Shown: positions 1-12,791, numbered from the stretch's first letter. The stretch: 64,000 nt of DNA from Octopus vulgaris (GCA_951406725.2 OX597816.1:148366001-148430000); one strand, 5' to 3'. Program-made: numbers and translations. The notes: generated by a model from the sequence alone, not told the origin.

Positions 1-1919
1 TCATGTCTGTGAATATATTCCTTCTTAGCCAGGACTGGGCAGCCAGAGATAATATGATTTATTGTTTCTTGTCCATCTCCACATATTCTGCAGTTACTTG
101 TAATATTTCTTTTCATTACATGTTTTTGGTAATTTCTGGTGGGGAGGCTTTGGTCTTGTGCTGCAATTAAAAATCCCTCTGTTTCTGCTTTGAGTCCTGA
201 GCTTCTCAACCATTGCTGGGATTTTTCTTTGTCTATTTCTTTTGCGTTTAGTTTAGTCCAGTATTTACCATGAAGGGGCTTTTCTTGCCATCGTTTTATC
301 ATGGTTCGTTGCTGTTCTATTTTTAGTTTGGATTTCATTTGTTTTATAGCTTTTGTTGTTTCTTCATCATCTTCTTCTTCTTCTTCGTGTTTATTAGGTG
401 GTATGATTTCTTGTTTGTATTTGTCAGCTTCCTTAAATACTGAGAACAGTTTTTTGTTTTGCTCGTGTTTTGCTGCTATCTGGATCAGTTTTCCTTCCTT
501 CTGAAGTAGGTATTTTTGCAGTCCTATGGTGGTTATTTTATAGTAGTTTTCCAGCTGTATAAGGTCTCTACCACCTTCTATACGTTGTATATATAGTCTT
601 TCTATATCAGATTTTGGGTGATGCATCCTAGATCCTGTCAGTATTTTTCTTGTTTTCCTATCTATTTTGGACAGTCCATTTCGTGTCCAGTTAAGGATAT
701 TCTGGCTGTAACTTATCACTGGGACAGCTAAAGTGTTGATACCTATTATCTTGTTTTTAGCATTGAGCTCTGTTTTTAGTATTGATCTAACTCGTCTATA
801 ATATTCTTTTTTTATTTTCTCTTTCATTTGTGTGTGTTGTGTCTTATCTAGTTCATGGATTCCTAAGTATTTGTAAGTTTGGCTTTGGTCTAATTCTTTT
901 ATTTCATTGGTTTTATCTAGTGTGATGTTGTTACTCTTAACTAGTTTTCCTCTTTTCATGGTTACTTTAGCGCATTTTTCTAATCCAAATTTCATATCTA
1001 TTTCTTTGGTAAATCCATGAACTGTCTTTAATAGTGTTTCCAGCTGTTTGTCATTTGCAGCGTATAGTTTTAGGTCATCCATATATAAAAGGTGGCTGAT
1101 CGTTTTGCCGTAACATTTATATCCGCATCCAGTTCTATTTAGCATATCAGATAGAGGTGACAGTGCCAAGCAGAAAAGGAGTGGAGAGAGCGTGTCTCCC
1201 TGGAATATTCCTCTTCTAATAGGGATGTCTTTGGTTTTCATGAGTCCCTCTTTTGTTTGGAGGTGTAGGACTGTTTGCCATTTATTCATAGAGTGCTCTA
1301 TGAATTCTATGATTGTTGGTGCTACTTTGTTAGTGGCTAGTGTTTCGAGGATCCATGTGTGGGGGATGCTATCAAACGCCTTTTTGTAGTCAATCCAGGC
1401 CATACTGAGGCCTTTCTTCTTTCTGTGGCTGTCTTCAGTTACGGCTTTATTAATCATTAGTTGATCTTTACAGCCATATGAGCCTTTGCGGCATCCTTTC
1501 TGCTCTTCTGGGAACAGTTTGTTTTCGTTCAGGTGCTTGTTCAGTCTTTGCGATATCACTGAAGTAAATGCCTTGAACATAGTAGGGAGGCAGGTTATTG
1601 GTCTGTAGTTTTCTGGTTTTGCTGTTTCATTTGATTTGGGAATTAAGATGGTTTTCTCCTTCGTGAGCCATTCAGGCAATGTCTCTGGCTCTGCTAGTAT
1701 GCTGTTAAAGTTTTCAGCCAGCTTTTTGTGCATTCCTGTTAGATATTTCAACCAGAAGTTGGGATCTTGTCATGCCCAGGTGCCTTCCAGTTGCTTAGTT
1801 TTTGCAGTGCCTGGGTGACCTCTTCAGTTGTTATGGGGGTCCAAAGTTGTTCAGATGCCGAGTTTGTTATTTTGATACTCCTTTTTTTTGGCTGTTCGTT
1901 CGCCGACCATATTTCTCTC
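1..1919 (-). mobile_element. R4/Dong-type non-LTR retrotransposon, 5'-truncated, runs off left edge (RT + CCHC)
   Basis: Manual minus-strand translation: EIWSANE...NWKAPGHDKIP(fs ~1761)NFWLK, MAWIDYKKAFDSIPHTWI, RRGIFQGDTLSP, ISHLLYMDDLKLYA, CRICGDGQETINHIISGCPVLAKKEYIHRH; collinear with the 6007..9297 ORF; 5' end abuts (TAT)n at 1920. Confidence 0.93.
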
Positions 1920-1967
1920 TTATTATTATTATTATTATTACTATTATTATTGTTATTATTATTATTA
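1920..1967. repeat. (TAT/TAA)n microsatellite between two Dong-like copies
   Basis: Directly visible. Confidence 0.95.
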
Positions 1968-3097
1968 TGTTTTTTCCTTCTTTCTTCAAATTTTCTTCCG
2001 TTTCTCGCCGAGTGTTTTCCATAGACCTAGGGCAGAGGAGGACATTGTATGTATTCCTAGATTACACGCGCAAATTCACAGATAAAATATGTATTTAAAA
2101 ATTAATAAATAAATAAATTCATGGATGGATGTTATTTTCACAGTGATAGTGCTCTTCTCAGTACATGAGCCGTTCCACTTAATACGATTTTTTGCACTTC
2201 CTGTAGGGATGGTAAGCCTGGAATCATTTTCAAATAGGTTTCAGTACCTTTTTTTATCATTCCTAGAGATCCTACAATCACTGGTACTGTAGTCGCCTTG
2301 AGATGCCACCTTTTTCAATTTCCATTAGCAGGTCGTTATATTTACTAATCTTGTCAAATTCTTTCGCCGCTATATTGTGAGCACAGAGAATACTCATGTC
2401 AATTAATAAACACATCCTTTTTATCTGATCTTTTATAATGATATCCGGTTTATTGGCTTTTATAGTCCTGTCGGTCTGCACGGGGAAGTCCCATAGAATC
2501 GACACATTTTCTCCCTCAGTCACAGCTTCAGGATGATGTTTATACCATTTGTCAGTGGTTTTGATTTTATAATGCCGACATATTGTCCAGTGTAAATACT
2601 GGCCGACTCTGTCATGTATTGCTTTATATTCTGCAGGTGCTAAGACTCTACACCCTGAGATTAGGTGGTCTATTGTTTCAATCTCATAGTTACAGAATCG
2701 GCATTTTGGGTCAGCTCCATTTTTCATCACATTGGCTTGGTAGTTCCGGGTAAATAAGCTTTGGTCTTGAGCAGCTAATATGAAACCTTCACTCTCTGCT
2801 TTTAGCCCTGAACTTCGTAACCATTGGTGAGTGTGTTTCTGGTCGACATCAGCTTGTTTGCTACGGGCCACATACTTGCCATGGAGAGGTTTGTGTTCCC
2901 ATCTGCTAGCTAAATTTTCACGTGCTTTTGTCTTTGCAATTAATTTTATTTTCTTTGCAGCTGCAGTTGGCGCATTTCCTTCAGCCTGCTCAATCTGGTG
3001 GGTATCTAAGAGATCAGCAGCGAATTTTTTGCTCTCTTTGAGATTAGTGAAGTTTTTTTGGTCTTTCATGTTTTTCAACAAGTTTTAGCATCCAATC

Positions 3098-3098
<1 letters not shown>
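1968..3098 (-). mobile_element. R4/Dong-type LINE, 5'-truncated copy (CCHC + RLE + 3'UTR)
   Basis: ORF 2278..3081: CRFCNYEIETIDHLISGC, HDRV, KPDIII, LIDMS; frameshift near 2310 then WHLKATTVPVIVGSLG...LRRALSL* (TGA 2138-2140); 3'UTR matches 5461-5530; (TAT)n on both sides. Confidence 0.93.
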
Positions 3099-3154
<56 letters not shown>

Positions 3155-3210
3155 GTTGTTGCTGTTGTTGTTGTTGTTGTTGTTTTTGTTGTTGTTGTTG
3201 TTGTTATCAT
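3099..3210. repeat. (TAT)n then (TGT)n microsatellite
   Basis: Directly visible. Confidence 0.95.
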
Positions 3211-3554
3211 TATAACCTACGCTTTAGCGAAGGCAGAGGTATTTTCTTTCAGTCGTGTTTGTTTGTTAGTTCGTGGACAAGATATCTCAAGAACAGCTGG
3301 ATGGATTCAGATGAAACTTTCGGGGATGATTGCCTTGTGACTGGCACGAACTGAATAGATTTTGAGATCGATCCGGTACCGGACAAGGATTCTGGATTAT
3401 TTTTCCTGCGTTTTTACTTAATTTTTTATTGTGGTCGGGTTTATCTTTAGTATTCTCGTTTGTGAGAGCAGTCGAGTTTATTTCAGATATTCTCCTTTCA
3501 AAAAAATCATCTCTGGCTAATCGTTGAGAAGGAGTTGGTGTTGCTATGGCGAAG

Positions 3555-3614
<60 letters not shown>

Positions 3615-3632
3615 ACTCTGTGTGCTCTTGTT
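3211..3632 (+). mobile_element. Helentron-associated non-autonomous element (HINE/DINE-1-like)
   Basis: 5' hairpin ACCTACGC-tttagcgaag-GCAGAGGT; imperfect subterminal inverted repeat acctacgctttagc (3215) / gctatggcgaagggt (3543); GTTT repeats after 5' end; internal (CT)n; T-rich ends. Architecture matches HINE/DINE-1 elements. Confidence 0.6.
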
Positions 3633-3643
3633 ATTATTATTAC

Positions 3644-5434
3644 CATAGCTGGAGGTCTGTTTTTGGAACGCTTTAAGTTTATAACTAATTCACTTGTTTA
3701 AAAGGCTCTATACTGTATTTTGTTGTTTAAATCGTTTTACAAGCCAGCTGCCCTTCTGGGGTGGGGTGTTAACCAAAGCCCATTTTGGGGATGATACAAA
3801 CCTTTTTATTTTCAAATTTCTTAGAAAATTCGTTTCAAAAAAAGTAAGCATTGAAGATGGCGACGAATGAAATGCGAGAGTGAGGAAGGAAGGGGGCACG
3901 GCAATTTGCATGAGAACTTTCCCGTCCTCCCCACCATGGTTGGCAGTAGACAGCAGGAAGAAGAAGAAGAAGAAGAAGAAGAAGAAGAAGAAGAAGAAGA
4001 AGAATGAAGAAGAATGAAGAAGAAGAAGAAGAAGAAGAAGAAGAAGAAGAAGAAGAAGAAGAAGAAGAAGAAGAAGAAGAAGAAGAAGAAGAAGAAGAAG
4101 AAGAAGAAGAAGAAGAAGACACAAGATGAAATGTTGTAAGAAAGCTAGAGAAACGAAAAAGTAAAGTCTTCCTCACTACATGGAAATTGTAGTAGCAGGA
4201 AGAACAGCGTTGACAAGAACTACGAAGAGTCTCACAAAAATGGAATAAGCGGCAGGAAAGAGACTTTTGCAAATGTCGCGGCAGCGAAGGAATTGGTTAA
4301 CATCTCATTGGAGAACAAAATAGAAAAACTAAACTAAATGAATGGAAGTAGGGCACAATTGACACCTCCAAGCGACGTGCTTGATGCAACAGTCAAACGG
4401 ACAGTTGTCTACAGGTGCATGAACACAACGACAAGAAAACTTGAAAACGCTGAACGTGACCAGGTGGAAAATGCCTTGAAAGACATATGACAGAATATCC
4501 ACCACATTGCGAGAGCGAGGCACTACGGCAGAGTAGTGGTCCTTTTTAAGGCTGAGGGGCAGGAGATACACAGCACGGTAGCCATGTGTCGCACCGAGGA
4601 AATTGCCCTCTTCCCTATGTACATGGAAAAAGGGCGGTACGAATTACGGTGCCAGGCGTCCCACCAGCCTTGGATTTATGGTGGTTTCTCGGCTGTATTT
4701 GTATGGACGGGGGAGAGAATCTCCTGAATGTTAAAATATCGAGGAGGGAGAATTGGAAATGGAGCTACCTTGGAGGTTCTTCTCCACGTGAAGCTACAGC
4801 GGTTAGAGAAAATCCCAGCTCGAATAGAGTGGAACTGAGGGTAGACGAGGAGGGCAGAAGGCCGAGGTGGTACGAGTGTGGTTCAACGGGTCACTTACAG
4901 TTTTTCTGCCCACAAAACCAGAACAGAAATGCAGAAAGAAATCTCCAAACGAAAGCAACACAACCCATGAGTCAACAAAAACAACAAGCAGAACAACAAC
5001 AGAAAAGCAGGAGAATAGAAACAGAAATTGAACCGAAGGAGATAAAACAGGTAGATGTTACAGTAAAGGTGAGAATGGGAGTAGCACCAGCAACAGTGGT
5101 GGAAGCTACAGTAGCAGGAGCATCAACAACTACTACAAGAGAACCAGAACGAACAACACTAGAAGAAAACGTACAAGACACGGACTCCTCCACGCATCCA
5201 AGGAATGATGAGGGAGAATTGCATAGTTTGCCTACAATTTGAATTTTTCCTGAGGACCCGTTGCTTTTGAGGGGTCCAAAGTGCGTGAGGTCTCTCTGGC
5301 AAAGCATACTGTTGATTTAATCTCTTTGTTAATCGTTGTATTTATTGGCTGTTTACACATTTAGCATCACTGTCTCTCGTCTGTGTATTATCCTATATGT
5401 TCTGTGCTCGGGTCTGGTGGTCAATAAAGAAAGA
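3644..5434 (+). mobile_element. Tx1/L1-like ORF1-only retroposon (decayed gag-like ORF1 ~3857-5242, no ORF2)
   Basis: aagATGGCG start at 3857, ENFPVLP, poly-Glu (GAA)n, KTFANVAAA, KRTVVYR, FPMYM(fs)GKRAVRITVPGVPP, degenerate zinc knuckle WYECGSTGHLQFFC; tail gtggtcAATAAAgaaa; ttattattattac on both flanks. Confidence 0.65.
3957..4118. repeat. (GAA)n microsatellite
   Basis: Directly visible; lies inside the ORF1-like element. Confidence 0.95.
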
Positions 5435-5460
5435 ATTATTATTATTATTATTATTACTAT

Positions 5461-8400
5461 TTTTTTTTTTCTTCTTTCAAATTTTCTTCCATTTCTTGCC
5501 GAGTGTCTTCCCGACTCCTAGGGCAAAGAAACTTATAGTGTATATTGGTAGGCCATTAAACCAAACTCAGTAGTTCGTTCATATTTTTTTTTTTTTTTTA
5601 AAGTTAAATTAAAATACATGAGCAGCAACAGTTCTCACATCGACAATGCTCTTCTCAATAGGTGTGATGTACCAGTTAAGACAATCTTTTGCACTTCTTG
5701 CAGGGATGGTAAGCCAGGGATCATTCTCATATAATTTTCGGTTCCCTTCTTGATCATTCCTAGTGCTCCTACGATCACTGGTATTGTAACCGCCTTGAGA
5801 TGCCACATTTTCTCAATTTCAATGAGTAGGTCTTTATATTTTCTGAGCTTGTCAAACTCTTTTGCTGAGATATTATGATCACAGGGGATGCTCATGTCGA
5901 TCAATAAGCAAACTTTATTGTTTTGGTCTTTCACAACAATATCTGGTTTATTGGCCTTGATGGTTCGGTCTGTATGTACTGGAAAGTCCCACAGAATGGT
6001 TACATTTTATCCTTCAGTTACAGCCTCAGGGTGGTGATTATACCACTTGTCGGCAGTTTTGATATTGTAATGCCAACTTATTAGCCAGTGGAGATATTGG
6101 CCAACTCTGTCATGTCTTAATTTATACTCCACTGGTGCTAAGACTTTATATCCAGAGATTAGGTGGTCCACTGTTTCAATCATGTCGTTGCAGAATCGGC
6201 ATTTTGGGTCTGCTCCATTTTTCATCACATTGGCCTGGTAGTTCCGGGTTAATAGGCTTTGGTCTTGAGCAGCCAGGATGAAACCTTCGCTCTCTGCTTT
6301 TAGCCCTGAGCTCCGCAGCCACTGATGGGTTTGCTTCTGGTCAACATCAGCTTGTTTGCTGCGGGTCACATATTTGCCGTGCAGAGGTTTCTCCTCCCAC
6401 CTATCAGCCAATTGCTCGTGCGCTTTTTTCATTGCCATCATTTTCACCTTCTTTGCAACAATAGTTGCCGTACTTCCCTCGGGTTGTTCAGTTTGGGTAT
6501 CCTGCACGAGATCAATAGCAAATTTTTTGCTTTCCTTGATGATAGAATGAAGCTTCTTTCGTCTCTCGTGATTTTCCACGAGCTTTAGCATCCAGTCATT
6601 CGATATTTCGAGATATTTGGCCAGTCCAATTGTGGTTGTTTTGTAAGCTAGTTCAAATTGGATCAGGCCTCGACCTCCTTGGGCTCTGGGAAGGTAAAGG
6701 CGATCTACGTCTGCCTTTGGGTGGTGCATCCTATTACAACTCAGCAGCTTGCGTATTTTTCTATCTATATTCTTTCCTTCACTCATATTCCAGTTCAACA
6801 CATTGTAGCTATAAGTAACAACTGGAACTGCTAAGGAATTTATAGCTAACACCTTGTTACATGCATTTAGTTCAGATTTCAGGACTGCACGAACTCTCCT
6901 ATAACATTCCTTCCTGATTTTCTCTTTCATGCTTGCATGCTGAATACCAGAGCCTTCATTTATCCCTAAATATTTGTATGTTTGTTCTTGCTCAAGCTCT
7001 CTTATGACTGTGTCAACATCTAACACGACTGAATTTGTGGTCTTCACTTTCCCTTTCTGGAAAGTGGCCTTGGCACACTTCTCAAGTCCAAACTCCATCC
7101 CGATGTCATCGCTGAATGCTTTCACGGTGCGCAATAGGCCTTCAAGTTCATTATTGTCTTTACCATAAAGTTTTAAGTCATCCATATAAAATAGATGGCT
7201 TATTTTTTTATTGGCAATTTTATACCCATACCCTGTTCTGTTTAATTCACTTGTAAGGGGTATTAGGGCTATGCAGAATATTAAAGGTGAAAGTGAGTCA
7301 CCTTGAAAAATTCCACAGTTGATGTTTATAATTTCTGAGGCAAGTACTCCATTAGAGTGGTATAATTGGAGATTCGTATTCCACAACGACATATTGTGCT
7401 TCAGGAAGTTTGAAATCACAGGGGAAATTTTGAAGATGTCCAGCGATCTCAAGATCCATGGATGCGGTATACTGTCGAAGGCCTTTTTATAGTCAATCCA
7501 TGCGGTGCTGAGATTTCTGCGTTTGTTGTGACAATTCTCAAGGATCATAAGATTGATTAGCAGTTGAAATTTGCATCCGTAAGAGCCTCGGCGGCACCCT
7601 TTTTGTTCAATGGGGAAAATATCGTTCTTCTCCATGAATGCATATGTTTTCTCCGCCAGGATAGATGTTAGGATTTTATACGTGGTGGATAGACAGGTTA
7701 TAGGCCGATAGTTTTTTGGAAGGTTGGTTTCGTTATTCTTTGGGAGTAGGTAAGTAATGCCACTTGCTAACCATTCAGGTGTTTTCTTTGGGTCTCTCAA
7801 AATTCCATTGAGCAGCTGAACTAGCTTACCGTATGCGCACGGGAGCGATGCGAGCCAGAAATTCGGCACCCTATCTTTACCGGGGGATTTCCAATTATGG
7901 GCCTTCGTGAGTGCCTTTCTTAGGTCTGCTATTGTGATGTCTTCCCATGCTTGTTGTTGTAAATTTTGGTAGGATCCTTCAGTTTGTATAATCCAGTCTG
8001 CATTTATGTTGTACGTCTTCTTGTCACTCCAAATCCATTTCCAAAAGTTTTGAACTTCTTCCATGGGAGGGGGGTCTTTAACGGTTACTTTCTCCTTCCC
8101 TATTTCTCTGTAGAATTTTTTGGCATTGGATGTGAACAGCTTATTTTGCTTGTAAAACTTGTTTCTCTTCTCAAATCTTCGTATTCTTTGGGCTTTTGCT
8201 TGGACTTTTTGTTTCAGCGTTTCTTTTATTGATATCAGTTCTTCTCTTGGTGAGGATCCAAATTTTCTCTTCATCTTTCTTCCTGTTCTGGATCTTACAT
8301 CATTTCCACATATTAGTTCATTTAATATTGATATTTCCCCTCTCATAAATTCAATCTCTTTTTCAATTTTACTTCTCCGGGTTTGATTTCTTCCCAGGTT

Positions 8401-9310
8401 TTGTTTTCTTTGTTTTTTCGGGGGCATACAGCTGGTTTCAATTGCCCTAGCAGAAGCGTAAATAATTTCATTTAACTCAGTAAAATCAGGTTTTAATTCT
8501 CGTATTATTTCATTTGTTACATAGTTGCCAATTTGGATTTGTTTTTTATTTTGGTTTGTATTTGAGAGTTTATGAAGTGGTTCTCTATCATTCATACTTG
8601 TATGTCTTACAACTTCAAGCGTATTCAGGATTTTCTGCCTCATTTCTGCCATAAACTCTCTGTGTTCTTCAGCAAATGCGAGATCTTCAGTTACTGTTGT
8701 TTTTTCGTTTTCCTGGCTATCTTTAACAGGTACAATAGAATTTCTTGTATCTTCAGGCCTTTGCGTACTTTGGTCAGATGGCAGTGTTTCAATTAAGCCT
8801 CGTGGCGGGCTATACTGTTCATCTGATTCTTCATTTCCTTTGTGTCTTATATTTATGTCATTTTCCGTTGCGTGCTTGATCGCGCTTATTTCACTGTCTG
8901 TGAAATAATTTGCTAATTTGTTCTCGTCCAAATAGGGCCTACTGTCTTGATTCCGTGTTCTCCATATACTGTAAGAGTTTGCGGTGTGTCTCTCTTGAGA
9001 TGGCCTACCTAATGCATAGTAATAAGCGTATATTACTTCTTTATACTCTTCTCGGGTCCATTTGTTCCGCTTACATTTTTCTTTCTGTGGTGGTTGTGGT
9101 GGTGAACTTGGAGGGCTCGAGTTGGGGGATTTCCCGTTCAAGTGACCATCCATGTCCGTATTCGGAGAAGAGTTTGTGCCAGTTGATGACTTTTCGATCC
9201 CAGGCTGGCTCTTCCCTGGGGGACGCGCTTCCAGATTAACCATAGGACAAGCGATTTGGTATACTGATTTAGTTTTCCTTTTAGTTTCCAAAAACATTTT
9301 GGTGCTACGA
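5461..9310 (-). mobile_element. Near full-length R4/Dong-type non-LTR retrotransposon
   Basis: Single long ORF with N-terminal KRNKWTREEYKEVIYAYY, RT, CCHC and RLE; 3'UTR ends in (TAA)n at 5435-5460. 5' boundary approximate. Confidence 0.95.
5635..9297 (-). pseudogene. RT-RLE polyprotein of the Dong-like element, split by one in-frame TAA at 6007-6009
   Basis: 1096-aa ORF (KSPGKD, NYRPITCL, QKGCRRG, WIDYKKAFDSIPH, GIFQGDSLSP, YMDD, CRFCNDMIETVDH) continues in the same frame after the stop as NVTILWDFPVHTDRTIKANKPDIVV...LIDMSIP...RRALSM (5635..5934 is in frame). Confidence 0.93.
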
Positions 9311-10179
9311 TAATGTTATCATTTTTTTGCTTTGATTGGCTCGTGGGGAGACGGCCATCATTGCCGTTACAATTATAATCGTACCATTATAGCAGCCGTA
9401 GTCGGCTTATTATTGTTATTATCATCACCATTACCATCACTATCATCATTATCACCACCATTACCATCATCATTATCATCATCACCATCACCATCACCAC
9501 CATCATCATCAATGATATTGTTTTATGTGTAGTCACAGCAGTATCTTATTATTGTTATTTTTGTTTTTTTATCATTATCACCATCACAGTAGTGTCTGTC
9601 TGTCTCGTTGGCTGGCTTGGTGGTTGGCTGGCTGACTGTCTTTTTTTTTTTTTTTTTTTTTTTAGGTGCGGTCCTATCGGTCAAAAAAAGTTCAGATATT
9701 TACTACTATTAGGCTTAAGAAAAATTGAATAGAGAAGTTGTGTTCGACCAGAGAATCGTAGCATCATCATTTTTTTTTTTTTTTCCACGTGCGTTTGTGT
9801 TATTGCAATAAAAAGTGTTTGTATATTTCCTGTAAGGTAATATTGTGGAGGTTGAAGTTGACTTTTCTAGAGATGTTTGTATGTCCAGTTAGAAGAACAG
9901 GTGTGTTTTTACAATAAAAAGTATATGTTTACATTTATATTTGAATATTCAGGGAGGAAGCAAAGAAAAGTCAGATTTTCATAGAAAGTTTTAGGGTTTT
10001 GTAAGTTTTGTAAGGAAAAAAAAAAATAAATAAATAAAGGATGTTTACAGAGGCAATTGTGGGTATCAAAGTTTTTAAAGCTGGTCAAATGTATGATTGA
10101 AAACTGTAGATATGTAAATTTGTAAATTTTCTTAACTTATTTTGAAGGGCTGTTCTGTATTATTTGTGAATAGAGAAGC

Positions 10180-10181
<2 letters not shown>

Positions 10182-10259
<78 letters not shown>

Positions 10260-10299
10260 TTATTATTACTATTATTATTATTTTTATTATTATTATTAC

Positions 10300-10377
<78 letters not shown>
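10182..10377. repeat. (TAT)n microsatellite
   Basis: Directly visible. Confidence 0.95.
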
Positions 10378-10378
10378 G

Positions 10379-10600
10379 AAGGCGGTGAGATGACAGAATT
10401 GTTAGTACGCTGGGTGATATGCTTAGCGGTATTTCATCCGTCTTTACGTTCTGAGTTCAAATTCCGTCGAGGTCGACTTTACCTTTCATCCTTTCGGGGG
10501 TCGATAAATTAAGTACCAGTTGAATACTGAGGTCGATGTAATCGACTATTCCCCTCCCATAAATTTCAGGCATTATGCTTAAAGTAGAAAGGATTATCAT
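10379..10600 (+). mobile_element. tRNA-derived SINE family A (tail type 2, ending in (TTA)n)
   Basis: Head ggcggtgagatgacagaattgttag, B-box-like gagttcaaattcc, conserved core cctttcatcctttcggggtcgataaattaagtacc; many homologues in window. Confidence 0.85.
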
Positions 10601-10611
10601 TATTATTATTT

Positions 10612-11254
10612 TCCTTTTTATCACAGGTTTTATTGGAACTCCTGGAGTCTTGCATGCGTAGTGGGCTTACTACCTGCAGCCTACGGTACCATGTTATCTG
10701 TTCTTGTCAGCTATCTAATACTTTCCTGATTATTCTGACCGTGCCAACGGGGTAAACATTTTGTAACAGTTCTATTGGGTACTTTATTCCAATTTCCTTT
10801 ATATTCCTCTTGGTGCCTTCTGATACTGTTCCCAAGGACCCAATAATAATTGGCACTATCTTCATTTTTTACATTTTTCATATCCGGGCAATTTCGTACT
10901 TCAGAGGGTTATATTTATTTACTTTTTTGCCTTCCTTCTTGACTATTCGTGGGTCAAATGGGTATGCAACATCAACTATATAGCACATCTGGTGCATCTT
11001 GTCGACCACCAATATGTCCGGTCTGTTATGCTCTAGCACCTGATCTGTTTGGATTGAGAAATCCCAGAGGATTTTGCTAGTCTCCGACTCCGCCACTCTG
11101 TGCGGTATGTGCTCATAGTACGTCTTGCCTCTCTCTAGCCTACTTTTCGCAGTTTCCAACGTAGCACTTTCCCTATCTGATCATGTCGCCACAGCTTGCA
11201 GGGGTTTGGAGCAAGTCTAGGACATTCGTTTGTGATATGTGTAATGGTTTCATC

Positions 11255-11255
<1 letters not shown>
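10612..11255 (-). mobile_element. Second Dong/R4-like subfamily, decayed 3' fragment (CCHC-RLE)
   Basis: DETITHITNECPRLA, WRHDQIG, KILWDFSIQTDQVLEHNRPDILVVDK, IVDVAYPFD, IVPIIIGSLG; flanked by (TAT)n. Confidence 0.85.
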
Positions 11256-11329
<74 letters not shown>

Positions 11330-11330
11330 T

Positions 11331-11760
11331 ACATTTGCTGCGGGACACATCGGACGTGCTTTCGAACTCTCCAAGTAAGTTCATTTAAAAATATTTATTT
11401 ACACCAGGATTGTTGTCATTTTTCAATAATTATTTTATTCCAGGTTGTGAATAGAAACACCAGCAATCTCTTACTGGTTTTTTAAGGTTGTGTAGCCCCC
11501 AAATATGCGGTTTTTGGCGTTAAATTGAAATGAACCAAATATAACTCAACAAGATGGCAGAGCGCGTCATGAAAAAACAAAACAAACTATCCTACCAATA
11601 TGGTAATGGATGAAGACTTCCCTCCCCTTCCGTCCGTTACGGGCAATACTACAGGGGAAAGGTACGAGGAGATAAAACAAGACTGTCATGATACGAAGTG
11701 TAACTAACAGTAAACACAATAGTAGAAGAAACACTAACAGCGGTAGAAATGACAACGACA
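11331..11760 (+). mobile_element. 5' end of a Tx1/L1-like ORF1 element, truncated by a SINE
   Basis: Starts right after (TAT)n; aagATGGCA at ~11554 and MVMDEDFPPLPSVTG, parallel to aagATGGCG/ENFPVLP in the 3644 element. Confidence 0.45.
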
Positions 11761-12012
11761 CAAATACCAGTTGTGAAGCAGTGGTGGGGGACAAACACAG
11801 ACAGAAACGCACACACACAAACACGCACACGCACACACACACACACACACGACATACACGACGAGCTTCTTTCAGTTTCCGTCTACCATATCCACTCACG
11901 AGGTTTTGGTTGGATCGGGTCTATTATAGTAAACACTTGCCTGAGATGTTATGCAGCAGGACTGAACCTGCAACCTTGTGGTTGGGAAGGGAGCTTCTAA
12001 TCACACAGTCAT
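11761..12012 (-). mobile_element. tRNA-derived CORE-like SINE family B (partial)
   Basis: Reverse complement of gtgagtggatttggtagacggaaactgaaagaagc as in the copies at 21501 and 26186. Confidence 0.8.
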
Positions 12013-12411
12013 CTCTATCGATGTCACATAATATATGTGTGTCCGGAGAGAATCTCTTTAAAGAGTTAAGGTATTCAAAGTCAGGCGAAACGAATCATTC
12101 CAGACGTGAACAAGAACAAGCGATGTCAATATTTCAGTGTTAATTTATCCCATCAGAGTCATACCCTCGTTTTGCTCTCGAAACGAATTCATATTGCCAA
12201 CCAGAAGTAACTACAGATAGCGTAACATCTATCTTCTTATATACAACAGTGCCGCACAAGTAGAATAAAATTTAAAGTGGTTCTGTAATATAAACATTAT
12301 AGAGCTGCTTTTAATTCAATATATATATATATATATATAAAGAGAGAGAGAGAGAAAAAGAGACAGACACAGAGACAGAGACAGAAAGGGAGAAGGAGAG
12401 AGAGAGAAGGG

Positions 12412-12540
<129 letters not shown>

Positions 12541-12552
12541 TATTTTAGTCCT

Positions 12553-12730
12553 TTACTTCTTTCAGTCATTTGACTGCGGCTACGCTGCTGCACCTCCTTG
12601 AAGGGGCTTAGTCGAACAAATCGACCCCAGGATTTATTTTTTAAGCCTAACACTTATCCTACTAGTCTCCTTTGCTGAATCGCTAAGTTACAGATTGTCA
12701 AGCGGTAAAAGGGGGAGTAACACAAACAAA
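12553..12730 (-). mobile_element. SINE family B, 3' half
   Basis: ttcagtcatttgactgcggc...tcgaccccagga matches the reverse complement of the family B 3' region. Confidence 0.75.
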
Positions 12731-12741
12731 AAGATATACAC

Positions 12742-12791
<50 letters not shown>

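Noticed and set aside
301-9239. Plus-strand short ORFs overlapping the Dong copies
   Set aside because: Antisense shadows of the RT frames with no independent motifs.
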